A DNA stretch of 64,000 bases from Nemertoderma westbladi (taxonomy: Eukaryota > Animalia > Xenacoelomorpha), in assembly GCA_032718475.1 (NCBI GenBank), contig JAUCBJ010008094.1, forward strand, positions 95,770 through 159,769, written 5' to 3'. Below are positions 12,643 through 26,400 of this stretch, in pieces (positions within the stretch are counted from its first letter, which is position 1; the number at the start of each line of letters is the position of its first letter). The translations under genes were made by a program, and so were the position numbers. Below the pieces are notes generated by a model, which was given only the letters and a program-made list of their open reading frames with translations, had not been told where the DNA came from and searched no databases.

Positions 12643-15600
12643 GTAGGTGTAAGCCGACACTAACATCATTTAAAATCCGGTAAGTGTAAGCCGACACTAA
12701 CATCATCTACAATCCGGTAAGTGTAAGCCGACACTAACATCATCTACAATCCGGTAAGTGTAAGCCGTCCCTAACAACATCTACAATCCGGTAAGTGTAA
12801 GCCGACACTAACAACATCTACAATCCGGTAAGTGTAAGCCGACACTACCATCATCTACAATCCGGTAAGTGTAAGCCATCCCTACCATCATCTACAATCC
12901 GGTAAGTGTAAGCCGACACTACCATCATCTACAATCCGGTAAGTGTAAGCTGACACTAACAACATCTACAATCCGGTAAGTGTAAGCCGACACTACCATC
13001 ATCTACAATCCGGTAAGTGTAAGCCATCCCTACCATCATCTAAAATCCGGTAAGTGTAAGCCGACACTACCATCATCTACAATCCGGTAAGTGTAAGCCG
13101 ACACTACCATCATCTACAATCCGGTAAGTGTAAGCCATCCCTACCATCATCTAAAATCCGGTAAGTGTAAGCCGACACTACCATCATCTACAATCCGGTA
13201 AGTGTAAGCCGACACTACCATCATCTACAATCCGGTAAGTGTAAGCCATCCCTACCATCATCTAAAATCCGGTAAGTGTAAGCTGACACTAACAACATCT
13301 ACAATCCGGTAAGTGTAAGCCGACACTACCATCATCTACAATCCGGTAAGTGTAAGCCATCCCTACCATCATCTACAATCCGGTAAGTGTAAGCCGACAC
13401 TACCATCATCTACAATCCGGTAAGTGTAAGCCGACACTACCATCATCTACAATCCGGTAAGTGTAAGCCATCCCTACCATCATCTACAATCCGGTAAGTG
13501 TAAGCCGACACTAACAACATCTACAATCCAGTAAGTGTAAGCCGACACTACCATCATCTACAATCCGGTAAGTGTAAGCCGACACTACCATCATCTACAA
13601 TCCGGTAAGTGTAAGCCATCCCTACCATCATCTACAATCCGGTAAGTGTACGCCGACACTACCATCATCTACAATCCGGTAAGTGTAAGCTGACACTAAC
13701 AACATCTACAATCCGGTAAGTGTAAGCCGACACTACCATCATCTACAATCCGGTAAGTGTAAACCGACACTACCATCATCTACAATCTGGTAAGTGTAAG
13801 CCGACACTAACAACATCTACAATCCGGTAAGTGTAAGCCGACACTACCATCATTTACATTCCGGTAAGTGTAAACCATCCCTACCATCATCTACAATCCG
13901 GTAAGTGTAAGCCGACACTACCATCATCTACAATCCGGTAAATGTAAGCCGACACTAACAACATCTACAATCCAGTAAGTGTAAGCCGTCCCTAACAACA
14001 TCTACAATCCGGTAAGTGTAAGCCGACACTACCATCATCTACAATCCGGTAAGTGTAAACCATCCCTACCATCATCTACAATCCGGTAAGTGTAAGCCGA
14101 CACTACCATCATCTACAATCCGGTAAGTGTAAGCTGACACTAACAACATCTACAATCCGGTAAGTGTAAGCCGACACTACCATCATCTACAATCCGGTAA
14201 GTGTAAACCGACACTACCATCATCTACAATCCGGTAAGTGTAAGCCGTCCCTAACAACGTCTACAATCCGGTAAGTGTAAGCCGACACTAACAACATCTA
14301 CAATCCGGTAAGTGTAAACCATCCCTACCATCATCTACAATCCGGTAAGTGTAAGCCGACACTACCATCATCTACAATCCGGTAAGTGTAAGCCATCCCT
14401 ACCATCATCTACAATCCGGTAAGTGTAAGCCGTCCCTAACAACATCTACAATCCGGTAAGTGTAAGCCGACACTAACAACATCTACAATCCGGTAAGTGT
14501 AAACCGTCCCTAACAACATCTACAATCCGGTAAGTGTAAGCCGACACTAACAACATCTACAATCCGGTAAGTGTAAACCATCCCTACCATCATCTACAAT
14601 CCGGTAAGTGTAAGCCGACACTAACAACATCTACAATCCGGTAAGTGTAAGCTGACACTATACCATCATTTACAATCCGGTAAGTGTAAGCCGACACTAC
14701 CATCATTTACAATCCGGTAAGTGTAAACCATCCCTACCATCATCTACAATCCGGTAAGTGTAAGCCGTCCCTAACAACATCTACAATCCGGTAAGTGTAA
14801 GCCGACACTAACAACATCTACAATCCGGTAAGTGTAAGCTGACACTATACCATCATTTACAATCCGGTAAGTGTAAGCCGACACTACCATCATTTACAAT
14901 CCGGTAAGTGTAAACCATCCCTACCATCATCTACAATCCGGTAAGTGTAAGCCGACACTAACAACATCTACAATCCGGTAAGTGTAAGCCGACACTACCA
15001 TCATCTACAATCCGGTAAGTGTAAGCCATCGCTAACAACATCTACAATCCGGTAAGTGTAAACCGTCCCTAACAACATCTACAATCCGGTAAGTGTAAGC
15101 CGACACTACCATCATCTACAATCCGGTAAGTGTAAGCCGACACTACCATCATCTACAATCCGGTAAGTGTAAGCCATCCCTAACAACATCTACAATCCGG
15201 TAAGTGTAAGCCGACACTAACAACATCTACAATCCGGTAAGTGTAAACCATCACTACCATCATCTACAATCCGGTAAGTGTAAGCCGACACTAACATCAT
15301 CTACAATCCGGTAAGTGTAAGCCATCCCTAACAACATCTACAATCCGGTAAGTGTAAGCCGACACTAACAACATCTACAATCCGGTAAGTGTAAACCATC
15401 CCTACCATCATCTACAATCCGGTAAGTGTAAGCCGACACTAACATCATCTACAATCCGGTAAGTGTAAGCCGACACTAACAACATCTACAATCCGGTAAG
15501 TGTAAACCATCCCTACCATCATCTACAATCCGGTAAGTGTAAGCCGACACTACCATCATCTACAATCCGGTAAGTGTAAGCCATCCCTAACATCATCTAC

Positions 15601-15930
15601 AATCCGGTAAGTGTAAGCCGACACTACCATCATCTACAATCCGGTAAGTGTAAGCCATCCCTAACAACATCTACAATCCGGTAAGTGTAAGCCGACACTA
15701 CCATCATCTACAATCCGGTAAGTGTAAGCCATCCCTAACAATATCTACAATCCGGTAAGTGTAAGCCATCCCTAACATCATCTACAATCCGGTAAGTGTA
15801 AGCCATCCCTACCATCATCTACAATCCGTTAATTGTAAGCCGACACTACCATCATCTACAATCCGTTAAGTGTAAGCCGACACTAACAACATCTACAATC
15901 CAGTAAGTGTAAGCCAACCCTACAATGTAG
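12633..15930 (+). repeat. 37-bp minisatellite spanning the exon/intron donor junction
   Basis: Unit GTAAGTGTAAGCCGACACTACCATCATCTACAATCCG, about 88 copies. The first copy starts at the real donor and the unit end (TAAAATCCG/TACAATCCG) resembles the exon end TAAAACCG. Confidence 0.96.
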
Positions 15931-16014
15931 GGTAAATGTAAGCCAAGAATATACTGTATTATATACCTACCTGTAGTAATAAACCGTAGTACTCAGTTTC
16001 ACTTATATCTATAG

Positions 16015-16096
16015 GAAAATATTCTACTGAGACAGAGAGGAAGCAGTGCTATTACTGTTATTGACTTTGGGTCTAGTTGCTACGACAATCAAAAAG
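16015..16096 (+). CDS. DYRK4: DYRK4-like kinase exon (DFGSSC)
   Basis: ctatag|ENILLRQRGSSAITVIDFGSSCYDNQK G|gtaaat. Confidence 0.93.
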
Positions 16097-16142
16097 GTAA
16101 ATAATGGTTTAACAATTTATAAATAATTATCATTTAAACTCT

Positions 16143-16420
16143 GTAAAAGTAAAAGTAAATTTTCTTAGGCCGATAGGCCAGGGATTACGCACAAAGTCTG
16201 TCGACTTATTTCCAGTGCGGTCCCCCCAGAACTAAACTCCCCAAAGGAAACTCCGGTACTCATTTAGCTACCACTTAAGGATGCAAGGCGGAGATGCGCC
16301 CTGGCTGGTCCCTTTAAAGCATTCGTGCTGAAACGAAAACTGCCCTGGCCCATGTGAGGATCGAACCCACGACCTACGGGGGATGTGAATTCAATACAAC
16401 CACTACACCAAGGTGGGACC
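16143..16420 (-). mobile_element. tRNA-derived SINE
   Basis: Minus strand: GGTCCCACCTTGGTGTAGTGG (A box), GGTTCGATCC (B box, 16358-16367), internal AAATGAGTACC (16255-16265, like the conserved SINE central domains) and a (TTTAC)n-like tail. No intact cloverleaf was evident. Confidence 0.7.
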
Positions 16421-16466
16421 TAATCTGTGTAATATGTAACATAAATCTACATACAGTTAACCATGG

Positions 16467-16920
16467 CTACATAACTTACCTTTCTCCCTACAGTGTACAC
16501 CTACATAAGCTACTCTCCTCCCTACTGTGTACACCTACATAACTTACCTTTCTCCCTACAGTGTACACCTACATAACTTACCTTTCTCCATACAGTGTAC
16601 ACCTACATAAGCTACTCTCCTCCCTACTGTGTACACCTACATAACTTACCTTTCTCCCTTCAATGTACACCTAGATAACCTACCTTTTTCCCTACAATGT
16701 ACATCTGCTGTACATAACCTATCTGTCTCCATACAGTGTACACCTACATAACCAACCTGTCCCCCTACAGTGTACACCTACATAACCAACCTGTCCCCAT
16801 ACAGTGTACACCTACATAACCAACCTGTCCCCATACAGTGTACACCTACATAACCTACCTGTCTCCCTATAGTGTACACCTAGATAACCTACCTGTCTCC
16901 CTATAGTGTACACCTACATA
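16467..16920 (+). repeat. 34-bp minisatellite spanning the intron/exon acceptor junction
   Basis: Unit ACCTACCTGTCTCCCTA(C/T)AG|TGTACACCTACATA, about 13 copies; the last copy is the real acceptor plus exon start. Confidence 0.93.
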
Positions 16921-17140
16921 CAGTCCCGATTCTACCGATCACCTGAAATTATCCTCGGTTTATCGTACGGGAGACCAATCGACATGTGGAGTCTGGGATG
17001 TATTGTATCGGAACTCCATACAGGCAGACCGCTCTTCCCTGGAGAAAACGAGGCCGACCAGCTGTCCTGTATGATGGAATGTATGGGATTCCCACCAACT
17101 TCCGTAACAAAAGAGGCTTCCAGGAAACACGTATTCTTCG
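16907..17140 (+). CDS. DYRK4: DYRK4-like kinase exon (activation loop YTY, subdomains VIII-X)
   Basis: [61 protein letters not shown]...VFF G|gttaga. Confidence 0.95.
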
Positions 17141-17202
17141 GTTAGAAAAATCATTTCAGACAATGATTAATTATAATTTTTATTACACACATTAAATTTA
17201 TA

Positions 17203-19887
17203 CGGTGGTGATTTGTGGTCAATTAATTTTTTTTGTGATTTAAGATTGTGTTAATGAAATTATTATATCCGAAAATAAAATTAATATGTTTTAGAATCGA
17301 AAAAAGTATTTAATATGTTTTAACATTCAAAAAAGGAATGAATATGTTTTAACATTCAAAAAAGGAATTAATATGTTTTAACATCGATAATAATAATTAA
17401 TATGTTTTAACATCGATAATAATAATTAATATGTTTTAACATCGAAAATAATAATTAATATGTTTTAGAATCGAAAAAAGTATTTAATATGTTTTAACAT
17501 TCAAAAAAGGAATGAATATGTTTTAACATTCAAAAAAGGAATTAATATGTTTTAACATCGATAATAATAATTAATATGTTTTAACATCGATAATAATAAT
17601 TAATATGTTTTAACATCGATAATAATAATTAATATGTTTTAGCATCGGAAAAAGGAATTAATATGTTTTAGCATCGGAAAAAGGAATTAATATGTTTTAA
17701 CATCGAAAATAATAATTAATATGTTTTAACATCGATAATAATAATTAATATGTTTTAACATCGAAAATAATAATTAATATGTTTTAGCATCTGAAAAAGG
17801 AATTAATATGTTTTAACATCGATAATAATAATTAATATGTTTTAACATCCAAAATAATAATTAATATGTTTTAGCATCGATAATAATAATTAATATGTTT
17901 TAACATCGAAAATAATAATTAATATGTTTTAGCATCTGAAAAAGGAATTAGAGTAGGCCTAATATGTTTTAGCATCGAAAAAAGGTTTTAATAAGTTTTA
18001 ACATCCAAAATAATAATTAATATGTTTTAGCATCGGAAAAAGGAATTAATATGTTTTAACATCGATAATAATAATTAATATGTTTTAACATCGAAAATAA
18101 TAATTAATATGTTTTAGCATCGAAAAAAGGATTTAATAAGTTTTAACATCCAAAATAATAATTAATATGTTTTAGCATCGGAAAAAGGAATTAATATGTT
18201 TTAGCATTCAAAAAAGGAATTAATATGTTTTAACATCGAAAATAATAATTAATATGTTTTAGCATCGGAAAAAGGAATTAATATGTTTTAACATCGAAAA
18301 TAATAATAAATATGTTTTAGCATCGGAAAAAGGAATTAATATGTTTTAGCATTCAAAAAAGGAATTAATATGTTTTAGCATTCAAAAAAGGAATTAATAT
18401 GTTTTGGTGTTACTAAAAATAGATCTGATTGCTTATTTGTTTCTGCTAATCTGTTACTAACATGTTGTGAATTTATGTACCTACATAAACCTACAGTACC
18501 ACTTAGGTCATGATTTCAGTGTTCTTATCTTGTCCCATGATTGTTTAGGGTAGAAAAGTAAAGTGAAACCAAACGGATGTAAATATTACGCAGAAACCTG
18601 TGCATAACTAAGCCCAACTTATCACTCTTGGTTAATGCATTAGATATACTATATACTGTAGCATCGAAAAGAGACTGAACTAAAGTAAATTGAAATGTGA
18701 AAATTTTTTTAGCGTCCCTAGCGTTTCGTGTAAGATTTAAAAATTTCGCCAAAAAGACTAGGTACTCCTCCGTTATTTCCCATTTTCATTTTTCGATACT
18801 TCTATTCTTCGGCCACTTTTTTTATTTTCATTTTCTATTTCTGATAATTGGCAATTTTGTAAAAAAAAATTTTTAATTATTTTATAAAAATTGATTTTTT
18901 TAAAAAAATTGCGGAAATATTCTGAAATCAAAAAAGGTGGCCGAAGAATTAAATCTTATTCAAATTCCTTTCACAAAAAAAAGGTTAAGAAATGGCGGAG
19001 GAGTGTGTGTTTTTTGTGCGAAAAAATGTTATTCCCATTGAAGTTTGAACCTTCCCGCGCAAAAACTGTCTGTTAATATGTGATAATGTCTGTCAATATA
19101 TATCTAGCAACACGAAAGCACAAAACCATGATAAGATTTTAGCTATGGGGGTTTTCCTGGTCGCTGATTTAATTTCTAAGGTCATTTTTCAGTTTTAATG
19201 AAATCTAGATTGTCTGTATGTCTGTCTGTCGGTCTATCAGACTAACCGACAATCTGTCAAAAATATAAGGAAAGGGCGGATTTTCAAGCTAAAGGTTTAT
19301 CTCTAGGGGTTTTCAGGGTCGCAGAATCCATTTCGAGTGTCAGTTTTAACATTCATTTGATTCCAAATTGTCTGTTTGGCTATCAGACTGTCGGTTGTAT
19401 TTTGACGGACAGACTGACCGGCTTACAGACAGGAACGACGACGCCAAATTTAATTTTGATATTAGGAATGAAGTCACGAACCAAGAAAACCCATATTGGA
19501 AATTTTTTTAAAAAAATTTTAAATAGTATGAATTCTATTCTTTTGGAGACATACTGACGGACAGACCGACAGTAAAACGGACAAACAGCAATATCTCGAG
19601 AAGTAAGATAGATCTTGCTAAACGGTTTTCATATTTGGAATCTTGATTAAATTCTGCTCTAAATGGAATTTAAAAACATGTTAAAACATATTAATTCCTT
19701 TTTCCGATGCTAAAACATATTAATTATTATTTTCGATGTTAAAATATATTTATTATTATTTTCGATGTTAAAACATATTAATTCCCTTTTTCGATGCTAA
19801 ACCATATTAATTTTATTTTCGAATATAATAATTTCAATAACACAATTTTAAATTACAAAAAAATTAATTGGCCACAAATCACCACCG
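17203..19887. mobile_element. Non-autonomous DNA transposon with long TIRs, TA target duplication and 30-bp subterminal repeats
   Basis: TA|CGGTGGTGATTTGTGGTCAATTAATTT...AAATTAATTGGCCACAAATCACCACCG|TA. The 30-bp unit TTAATATGTTTTAACATCGAAAATAATAA spans about 17280-18405, with inverted copies at about 19675-19815. Confidence 0.88.
18763..19005. mobile_element. Small foldback/MITE inside the 17203-19887 element
   Basis: TACTCCTCCGTTATTT...AAATGGCGGAGGAGTG termini and internal inverted pair ATTCTTCGGCCACTTTTT / AAAAAGGTGGCCGAAGAAT; no TSD seen. Confidence 0.55.
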
Positions 19888-20036
19888 TACATTTATTTGA
19901 AAACGCGCATTTAATTATTTGATAACAAAATGTAGAAGTTTTATTTGCTTTATTAGTTTTATATTAAGTAGTTAGTTGCGCCTCCTAGTGGTCTTCGTTG
20001 GTATAATTTTTACAACAAATAAATATATTTCTTTAG

Positions 20037-20166
20037 ATTCGCAAGGAAAACCAAAATCGGTTACAAACAGCCGTGGGAGGAAGCGCATGATTGGTTGCAA
20101 GAAGCTGTGTCAGTTGGTCCGCAGTACAGACGTTTTATTCTTGGACTTCATACAAAAATGTCTTGA
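20037..20166 (+). CDS. DYRK4: DYRK4-like kinase exon (CMGC insert)
   Basis: ctttag|AT: DSQGKPKSVTNSRGRKRMIGCKKLCQLVRSTDVLFLDFIQKCLE; donor GA|gtaagt. Confidence 0.92.
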
Positions 20167-20302
20167 GTAAGTAAAAGTGGCTACAAACGGATTTGGTCCT
20201 CCTTTTGCTTTTATATAGGCCGTAGGCCTATTATTATTCTTTTATATTGAACTTTTTATTTAGTTTTGTCTTCCATATAATATTTAACATTAATTAATAC
20301 AG

Positions 20303-20424
20303 ATGGGACGCGGATTCGAGAATGACTCCAGCTGAAGGACTGCAACACCCCTGGATAAATGAGGGAAGACGGTTGCACCGGGAGAATATGAGTCTATCCC
20401 GTCAGTCAGATACTAAAAGGAGAG
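20303..20424 (+). CDS. DYRK4: DYRK4-like kinase exon (subdomain XI)
   Basis: atacag|A TGG: WDADSRMTPAEGLQHPWINEGRRLHRENMSLSRQSDTKRR G|gtagga. Confidence 0.9.
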
Positions 20425-23400
20425 GTAGGAACAGTCAGATACTAAAGGGAGGGCTTGGTTGGAACAGTCAGATACTAAAGGGAGGGCTTGGTTGGAACAG
20501 TCAGATACTAAAGGGAGGGGTTGGAACAGTCAGATACTAAAGGGGTTGGAACAGTCAGATACTAAAGGGGTTGGAACAGTCAGATACTAAAGTTGGAACA
20601 TTCAGATACTAAAGGGAGGGCTTGGTTGGAACAGTCAGATACTAAAGGGAGGGGTTGGTTGGAACAGTCAGATACTAAAGGGAGGGGTTGGTTGGAACAG
20701 TCAGATACTAAAGGGGGGGCTTGGTTGGAACAGTCAGATACTAAAGGGAGGGGTTGGTTGGAACAGTCAGATACTAAAGGGGGGGTTGGTTGGAACAGTC
20801 AGATACTAAAGGGGGGGTTGGTTGGAACAGTCAGATACTAAAGGGAGGGGTTGGTAGGAACAGTCAGATACTAAAGGGGTTGGAACAGTCAGATACTAAA
20901 GGGGTTGGAACAGTCAGATACTAAAGTTGGAACATTCAGATACTAAAGGGAGGGCTTGGTTGGAACAGTCAGATACTAAAGGGAGGGGTTGGTTGGAACA
21001 GTCAGATACTAAAGGGAGGGGTTGGTAGGAACAGTCAGATACTAAAGGGGGGGCTTGGTTTGAACAGTCAGATACTAAAGGGAGGGGTTGGTAGGAACAG
21101 TCAGATACTAAAGGGGGGGTCAGATACTAAAGGGAGGGGTTGGAACAGTCAGATACTAAAGGGAGGGGTTGGTTGGAACAGTCAGATACTAAAGGGGGGG
21201 TTGGTTGGAACAGTCAGATACTAAAGGGAGGGGTTGGTAGGAACAGTCAGATACTAAAGGGAGGGGTTGGTTGGAACAGTCAGATACTAAAGGGGTTGGA
21301 ACAGTCAGATACTAAAGGGGTTGGAACAGTCAGATACTAAAGTTGGAACATTCAGATACTAAAGGGAGGGCTTGGTTGGAACAGTCAGATACTAAAGGGA
21401 GGGGTAGGTAGGAACAGTCAGATACTAAAGGAGTTGGAACAGTCAGATACTAAAGGGAGGGGTAGGAGGAATATTCAGATACTAAGGGGAGGGGTAGGAA
21501 CATTCAGATACTAAAGGAGTTGGAACGGTCTGATACTAAAGGGAGGGGTAGGTAGGAACAGTCAGATACTAAAGGAGTTGGAACAGTCAGATACTAAAGG
21601 GAGGGCTTGGTTTGAACAGTCAGATACTAAAGGGAGGGGTTGGAACAGTCAGATACTAAAGGGAGGGGTTGGTAGGAACAGTCAGATATTAAAGGGAGGG
21701 CTTGGTTGGAACAGTCTGATATTAAAGGGAGGGCTTGGTTGGAACAGTCAGATACTAAAGGGAGGGCTTGGTTGGAACAGTCAGATACTAAAGTTGGAAC
21801 ATTCAGATACTAAAGGGAGGGCTTGGTAGGAACAGTCAGATACTAAAGGGAGGGGTTGGAAGGAACAGTCAGATACTAAAGTTGGAACATTCAGATACTA
21901 AAGGGAGGGGTAGGTAGGAACAGTCAGATACTAAAGGGAGGGGTTGGAAGGAACAGTCAGATACTAAAGTTGGAACATTCAGATACTAAAGGGAGGGGTA
22001 GGTAGGAACAGTCAGATACTAAAGGGAGGGGTTGGTAGGAACAGTCAGATACTAAAGGGAGGGCTTGGTTGGAACAGTCAGATACTAAAGGGAGGGGTTG
22101 GAACAGTCAGATACTAAAGGGGTTGGAACAGTCAGATACTAAAGGGGTTGGAACAGTCAGATACTAAAGTTGGAACATTCAGATACTAAAGGGAGGGGTA
22201 GGAGGAATATTCAGATACTAAGGGGAGGGGTAGGAACATTCAGATACTAAAGGAGTTGGAACAGTCAGATACTAAAGGGAGGGGTTGGTTGGAACAGTCA
22301 GATATTAAAGGGAGGGCTTGGTTGGGACAGTCAGATACTAAAGGGGGGGGGTTGGAACAGTCAGATACTAAAGGGAGGGGTTGGTTGGAACAGTCAGATA
22401 TTAAAGGGAGGGGTTGGAAGGAACAGTCAGATACTAAAGGAGTTGGAACAGTCAGATACTAAAGGGAGGGGTTGGTTGGAACAGTCAGATACTAAAGGGA
22501 GGGGTTGGTTGGAACAGTCAGATATTAAAGGGAGGGCTTGGTTGGGACAGTCAGATACTAAAGGGGGGGGGGGGGGGTTGGAACAGTCAGATACTAAAGG
22601 GAGGGGTAGGTAGGAACAGTCAGATACTAAAGGAGTTGGAACAGTCAGATACTAAAGGGAGGGGTTGGTTGGAACAGTCAGATACTAAAGGGAGGGGTTG
22701 GTTGGAACAGTCAGATATTAAAGGGAGGGCTTGGTTGGGACAGTCAGATACTAAAGGGGGGGGGGTTGGAACAGTCAGATACTAAAGGGAGGGGTTGGTA
22801 GGAACAGTCAGATATTAAAGGGAGGGCTTGGTTGGAACAGTCTGATATTAAAGGGAGGGCTTGGTTGGAACAGTCAGATACTAAAGGGAGGGCTTGGTTG
22901 GAACAGTCAGATACTAAAGTTGGAACATTCAGATACTAAAGGGAGGGCTTGGTAGGAACAGTCAGATACTAAAGGGAGGGGTTGGAAGGAACAGTCAGAT
23001 ACTAAAGTTGGAACATTCAGATACTAAAGGGAGGGGTAGGTAGGAACAGTCAGATACTAAAGGGAGGGGTTGGTAGGAACAGTCAGATACTAAAGTTGGA
23101 ACATTCAGATACTAAAGGGAGGGGTAGGTAGGAACAGTCAGATACTAAAGGGAGGGGTTGGTAGGAACAGTCAGATACTAAAGGGAGGGGTTGGAAGGAA
23201 CAGTCAGATACTAAAGGGAGGGGTTGATAGGAACAGTCCGATATTAAAGGGAGGGCTTGGTTGGAACAGTCAGATACTAAAGGGAGGGGTAGGTAGGAAC
23301 AGTCAGATACTAAAGGGAGGGGTTGGAAGGAACAGTCAGATACTAAAGTTGGAACATTCAGATACTAAAGGAAGGGGTAGGTAGGAACAGTCAGATACTA

Positions 23401-26400
23401 AAGGGAGGGGTTGGAAGGAACAGTCAGATACTAAAGGGAGGGGTTGGTAGGAACAGTCAGATACAAAAGGGAGGGGTTGGTAGGAACAGTCAGATACTAA
23501 AGGGAGGGGTTGGAAGGAACAGTCAGATACTAAAGGGAGGGCTTGGTTGGAACAGTCAGATACTAAAGGGAGGGCTTGGTTGGAACAGTCAGATACTAAA
23601 GGGAGGGCTTGGTTGGAACAGTCAGATACTAAAGGGAGTGGTTGGTTGGAACAGTCAGATACTAAAGGGAGGGGTTGGTAGGAACAGTCAGATACTAAAG
23701 GGGGGGTCAGATACTAAAGGGAGGGGTTGGAACAGTCAGATACTAAAGGAGTTGGAACGGTCTGATACTAAAGGGAGGGGTAGGTAGGAACAGTCAGATA
23801 CTAAAGGAGTTGGAACAGTCAGATACTAAAGGGAGGGCTTGGTTTGAACAGTCAGATACTAAAGGGAGGGGTTGGAACAGTCAGATACTAAAGGGAGGGG
23901 TTGGTAGGAACAGTCAGATATTAAAGGGAGGGCTTGGTTGGAACAGTCTGATATTAAAGGGAGGGCTTGGTTGGAACAGTCAGATACTAAAGGGAGGGCT
24001 TGGTTGGAACAGTCAGATACTAAAGTTGGAACATTCAGATACTAAAGGGAGGGCTTGGTAGGAACAGTCAGATACTAAAGGGAGGGGTTGGAAGGAACAG
24101 TCAGATACTAAAGTTGGAACATTCAGATACTAAAGGGAGGGGTAGGTAGGAACAGTCAGATACTAAAGGGAGGGGTTGGAAGGAACAGTCAGATACTAAA
24201 GTTGGAACATTCAGATACTAAAGGGAGGGGTAGGTAGGAACAGTCAGATACTAAAGGGAGGGGTTGGTAGGAACAGTCAGATACTAAAGGGAGGGGTTGG
24301 AACATTCAGATACTAAAGGGAGGGCTTGGTTGGAACAGTCAGATACTAAAGGGAGGGGTTGGTTGGAACAGTCAGATATTAAAGGGAGGGCTTGGTTGGA
24401 ACAGTCAGATACTAAAGGGAGGGGTTGGAACAGTCGATACTAAAGGGAGGACTTGGTTGGAACAGTCAGATACTAAAGGGAGGGGTTGGTAGGAACAGTC
24501 AGATACTAAAGGGGGGGTCAGATACTAAAGGGAGGGGTTGGAACAGTCAGATACTAAAGGGAGGGCTTGGTTGGAACAGTCAGATACTAAAGGGAGGGGT
24601 TGGAAGGAACAGTCAGATACTAAAGGGAGGGGTTGGTAGGAACAGTCAGATATTAAAGGGAGGGCTTGGTTGGAACAGTCAGATACTAAAGGGAGGGCTT
24701 GGTTGGAACAGTCAGATACTAAAGGGAGGGCTTGGTTGGAACAGTCAGATACTAAAGGGAGGGGTTGGTAGGAACAGTCAGATACTAAAGGGGGGGCTTG
24801 GTTGGAACAGTCAGATACTAAAGGGCGGGGTTGGTTGGAACAGTCAGATACTAAAGGGAGGGCTTGGTTGGAACAGTCAGATACTAAAGGAAGGGGTTGG
24901 TTGGAACAGTCAGATACTAAAGGGAGGGTTGGTTGGAACAGTCAGATACTAAAGGGGTTGGAACAGTCAGATACTAAAGGGAGGGCTTGGTAGGAACAGT
25001 CAGATACTAAAGGGACAGACAGATACTAAAGGGAGGGATTGGTAGGAACAATCAGATACTAAAGGGAGGGGTTGGAAGGAACAGTCAGATACTAAAGGGG
25101 GGCTTGGTTGGAACAGTCAGATACTAAAGGGAGGGGTTGGAACAGTCAGATACTAAAGGGAGGGCTTGGTTGGAACAGTCAGATACTAAAGGGAGGGGTT
25201 GGTTGGAACAGTCAGATACTAAAGGGAGGGGTTGGTAGGAACAGTCAGATACTAAAGGGAGGGCTTGGTTGGAACAGTCAGATACTAAAGGGAGGGGTTG
25301 GTAGGAACAGTCAGATACTAAAGGGAGGGCTTGGTTGGAACAGTCAGATACTAAAGGGAGGGGTTGGAACAGTCAGATACTAAAGGGAGGGCTTGGTTGG
25401 AACAGTCAGATACTAAAGGGAGGGGTTGGTAGGAACAGTCAGATACTAAAGGGAGGGCTTGGTTGGAACAGTCAGATACTAAAGGGAGGGGTTGGTAGGA
25501 ACAGTCAGATACTAAAGGGAGGGCTTGGTTGGAACAGTCAGATACTAAAGGGCGGGGTTGGTTGGAACAGTCAGATACTAAAGGGAGGGGTTGGTAGGAA
25601 CAGTCAGATATTAAAGGGAGGGCTTGGTTGGAACAGTCAGATACTAAAGGGAGGGGTTGGTTGGAACAGTCAGATACTAAAGGGAGGGGTTAGTAGGAAC
25701 AGTCAGATACTAAAGGGAGGGCTTGGTTGGAACAGTCAGATACTAAAGGGAGGGGTTGGTAGGAACAGTCAGATACTAAAGGGAGGGCTTGGTTGGAACA
25801 GTCAGATACTAAAGGGAGGGGTTGGTAGGAACAGTCAGATATTAAAGGGAGGGCTTGGTTGGAACAGTCAGATATTAAAGGGAGGGCTTGGTTGGAACAG
25901 TCAGATACTAAAGGGAGGGGTTGGAACAGTCAGATACTAAAGGGAGGGCTTGGTTGGAACAGTCAGATACTAAAGGGAGGGGTTGGTAGGAACAGTCAGA
26001 TACTAAAGGGAGGGCTTGGTTGGAACAGTCAGATACTAAAGGGAGGGGTTGGAACAGTCAGATACTAAAGGGAGGGCTTGGTTGGAACAGTCAGATACTA
26101 AAGGGAGGGGTTGGTAGGAACAGTCAGATACTAAAGGGAGGGCTTGGTTGGAACAGTCAGATACTAAAGGGAGGGGTTGGTAGGAACAGTCAGATACTAA
26201 AGGGAGGGCTTGGTTGGAACAGTCAGATACTAAAGGGCGGGGTTGGTTGGAACAGTCAGATACTAAAGGGAGGGGTTGGTAGGAACAGTCAGATATTAAA
26301 GGGAGGGCTTGGTTGGAACAGTAAGATACTAAAGGGAGGGGTTGGTTGGAACAGTCAGATACTAAAGTTGGAACAGTCAGATACTAAAGGGAGGGGTTAG

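Noticed and set aside
12643-15930. CRISPR-like appearance of the 37-bp repeats (also the 35- and 40-bp arrays)
   Set aside because: Units are head-to-tail with no unique spacers, no cas genes are present, and the context is a spliceosomal-intron genome.
16340-16420. tRNA gene
   Set aside because: A and B boxes are present but the anticodon arm and acceptor stem are not intact, and it continues into a SINE-like body and tail.
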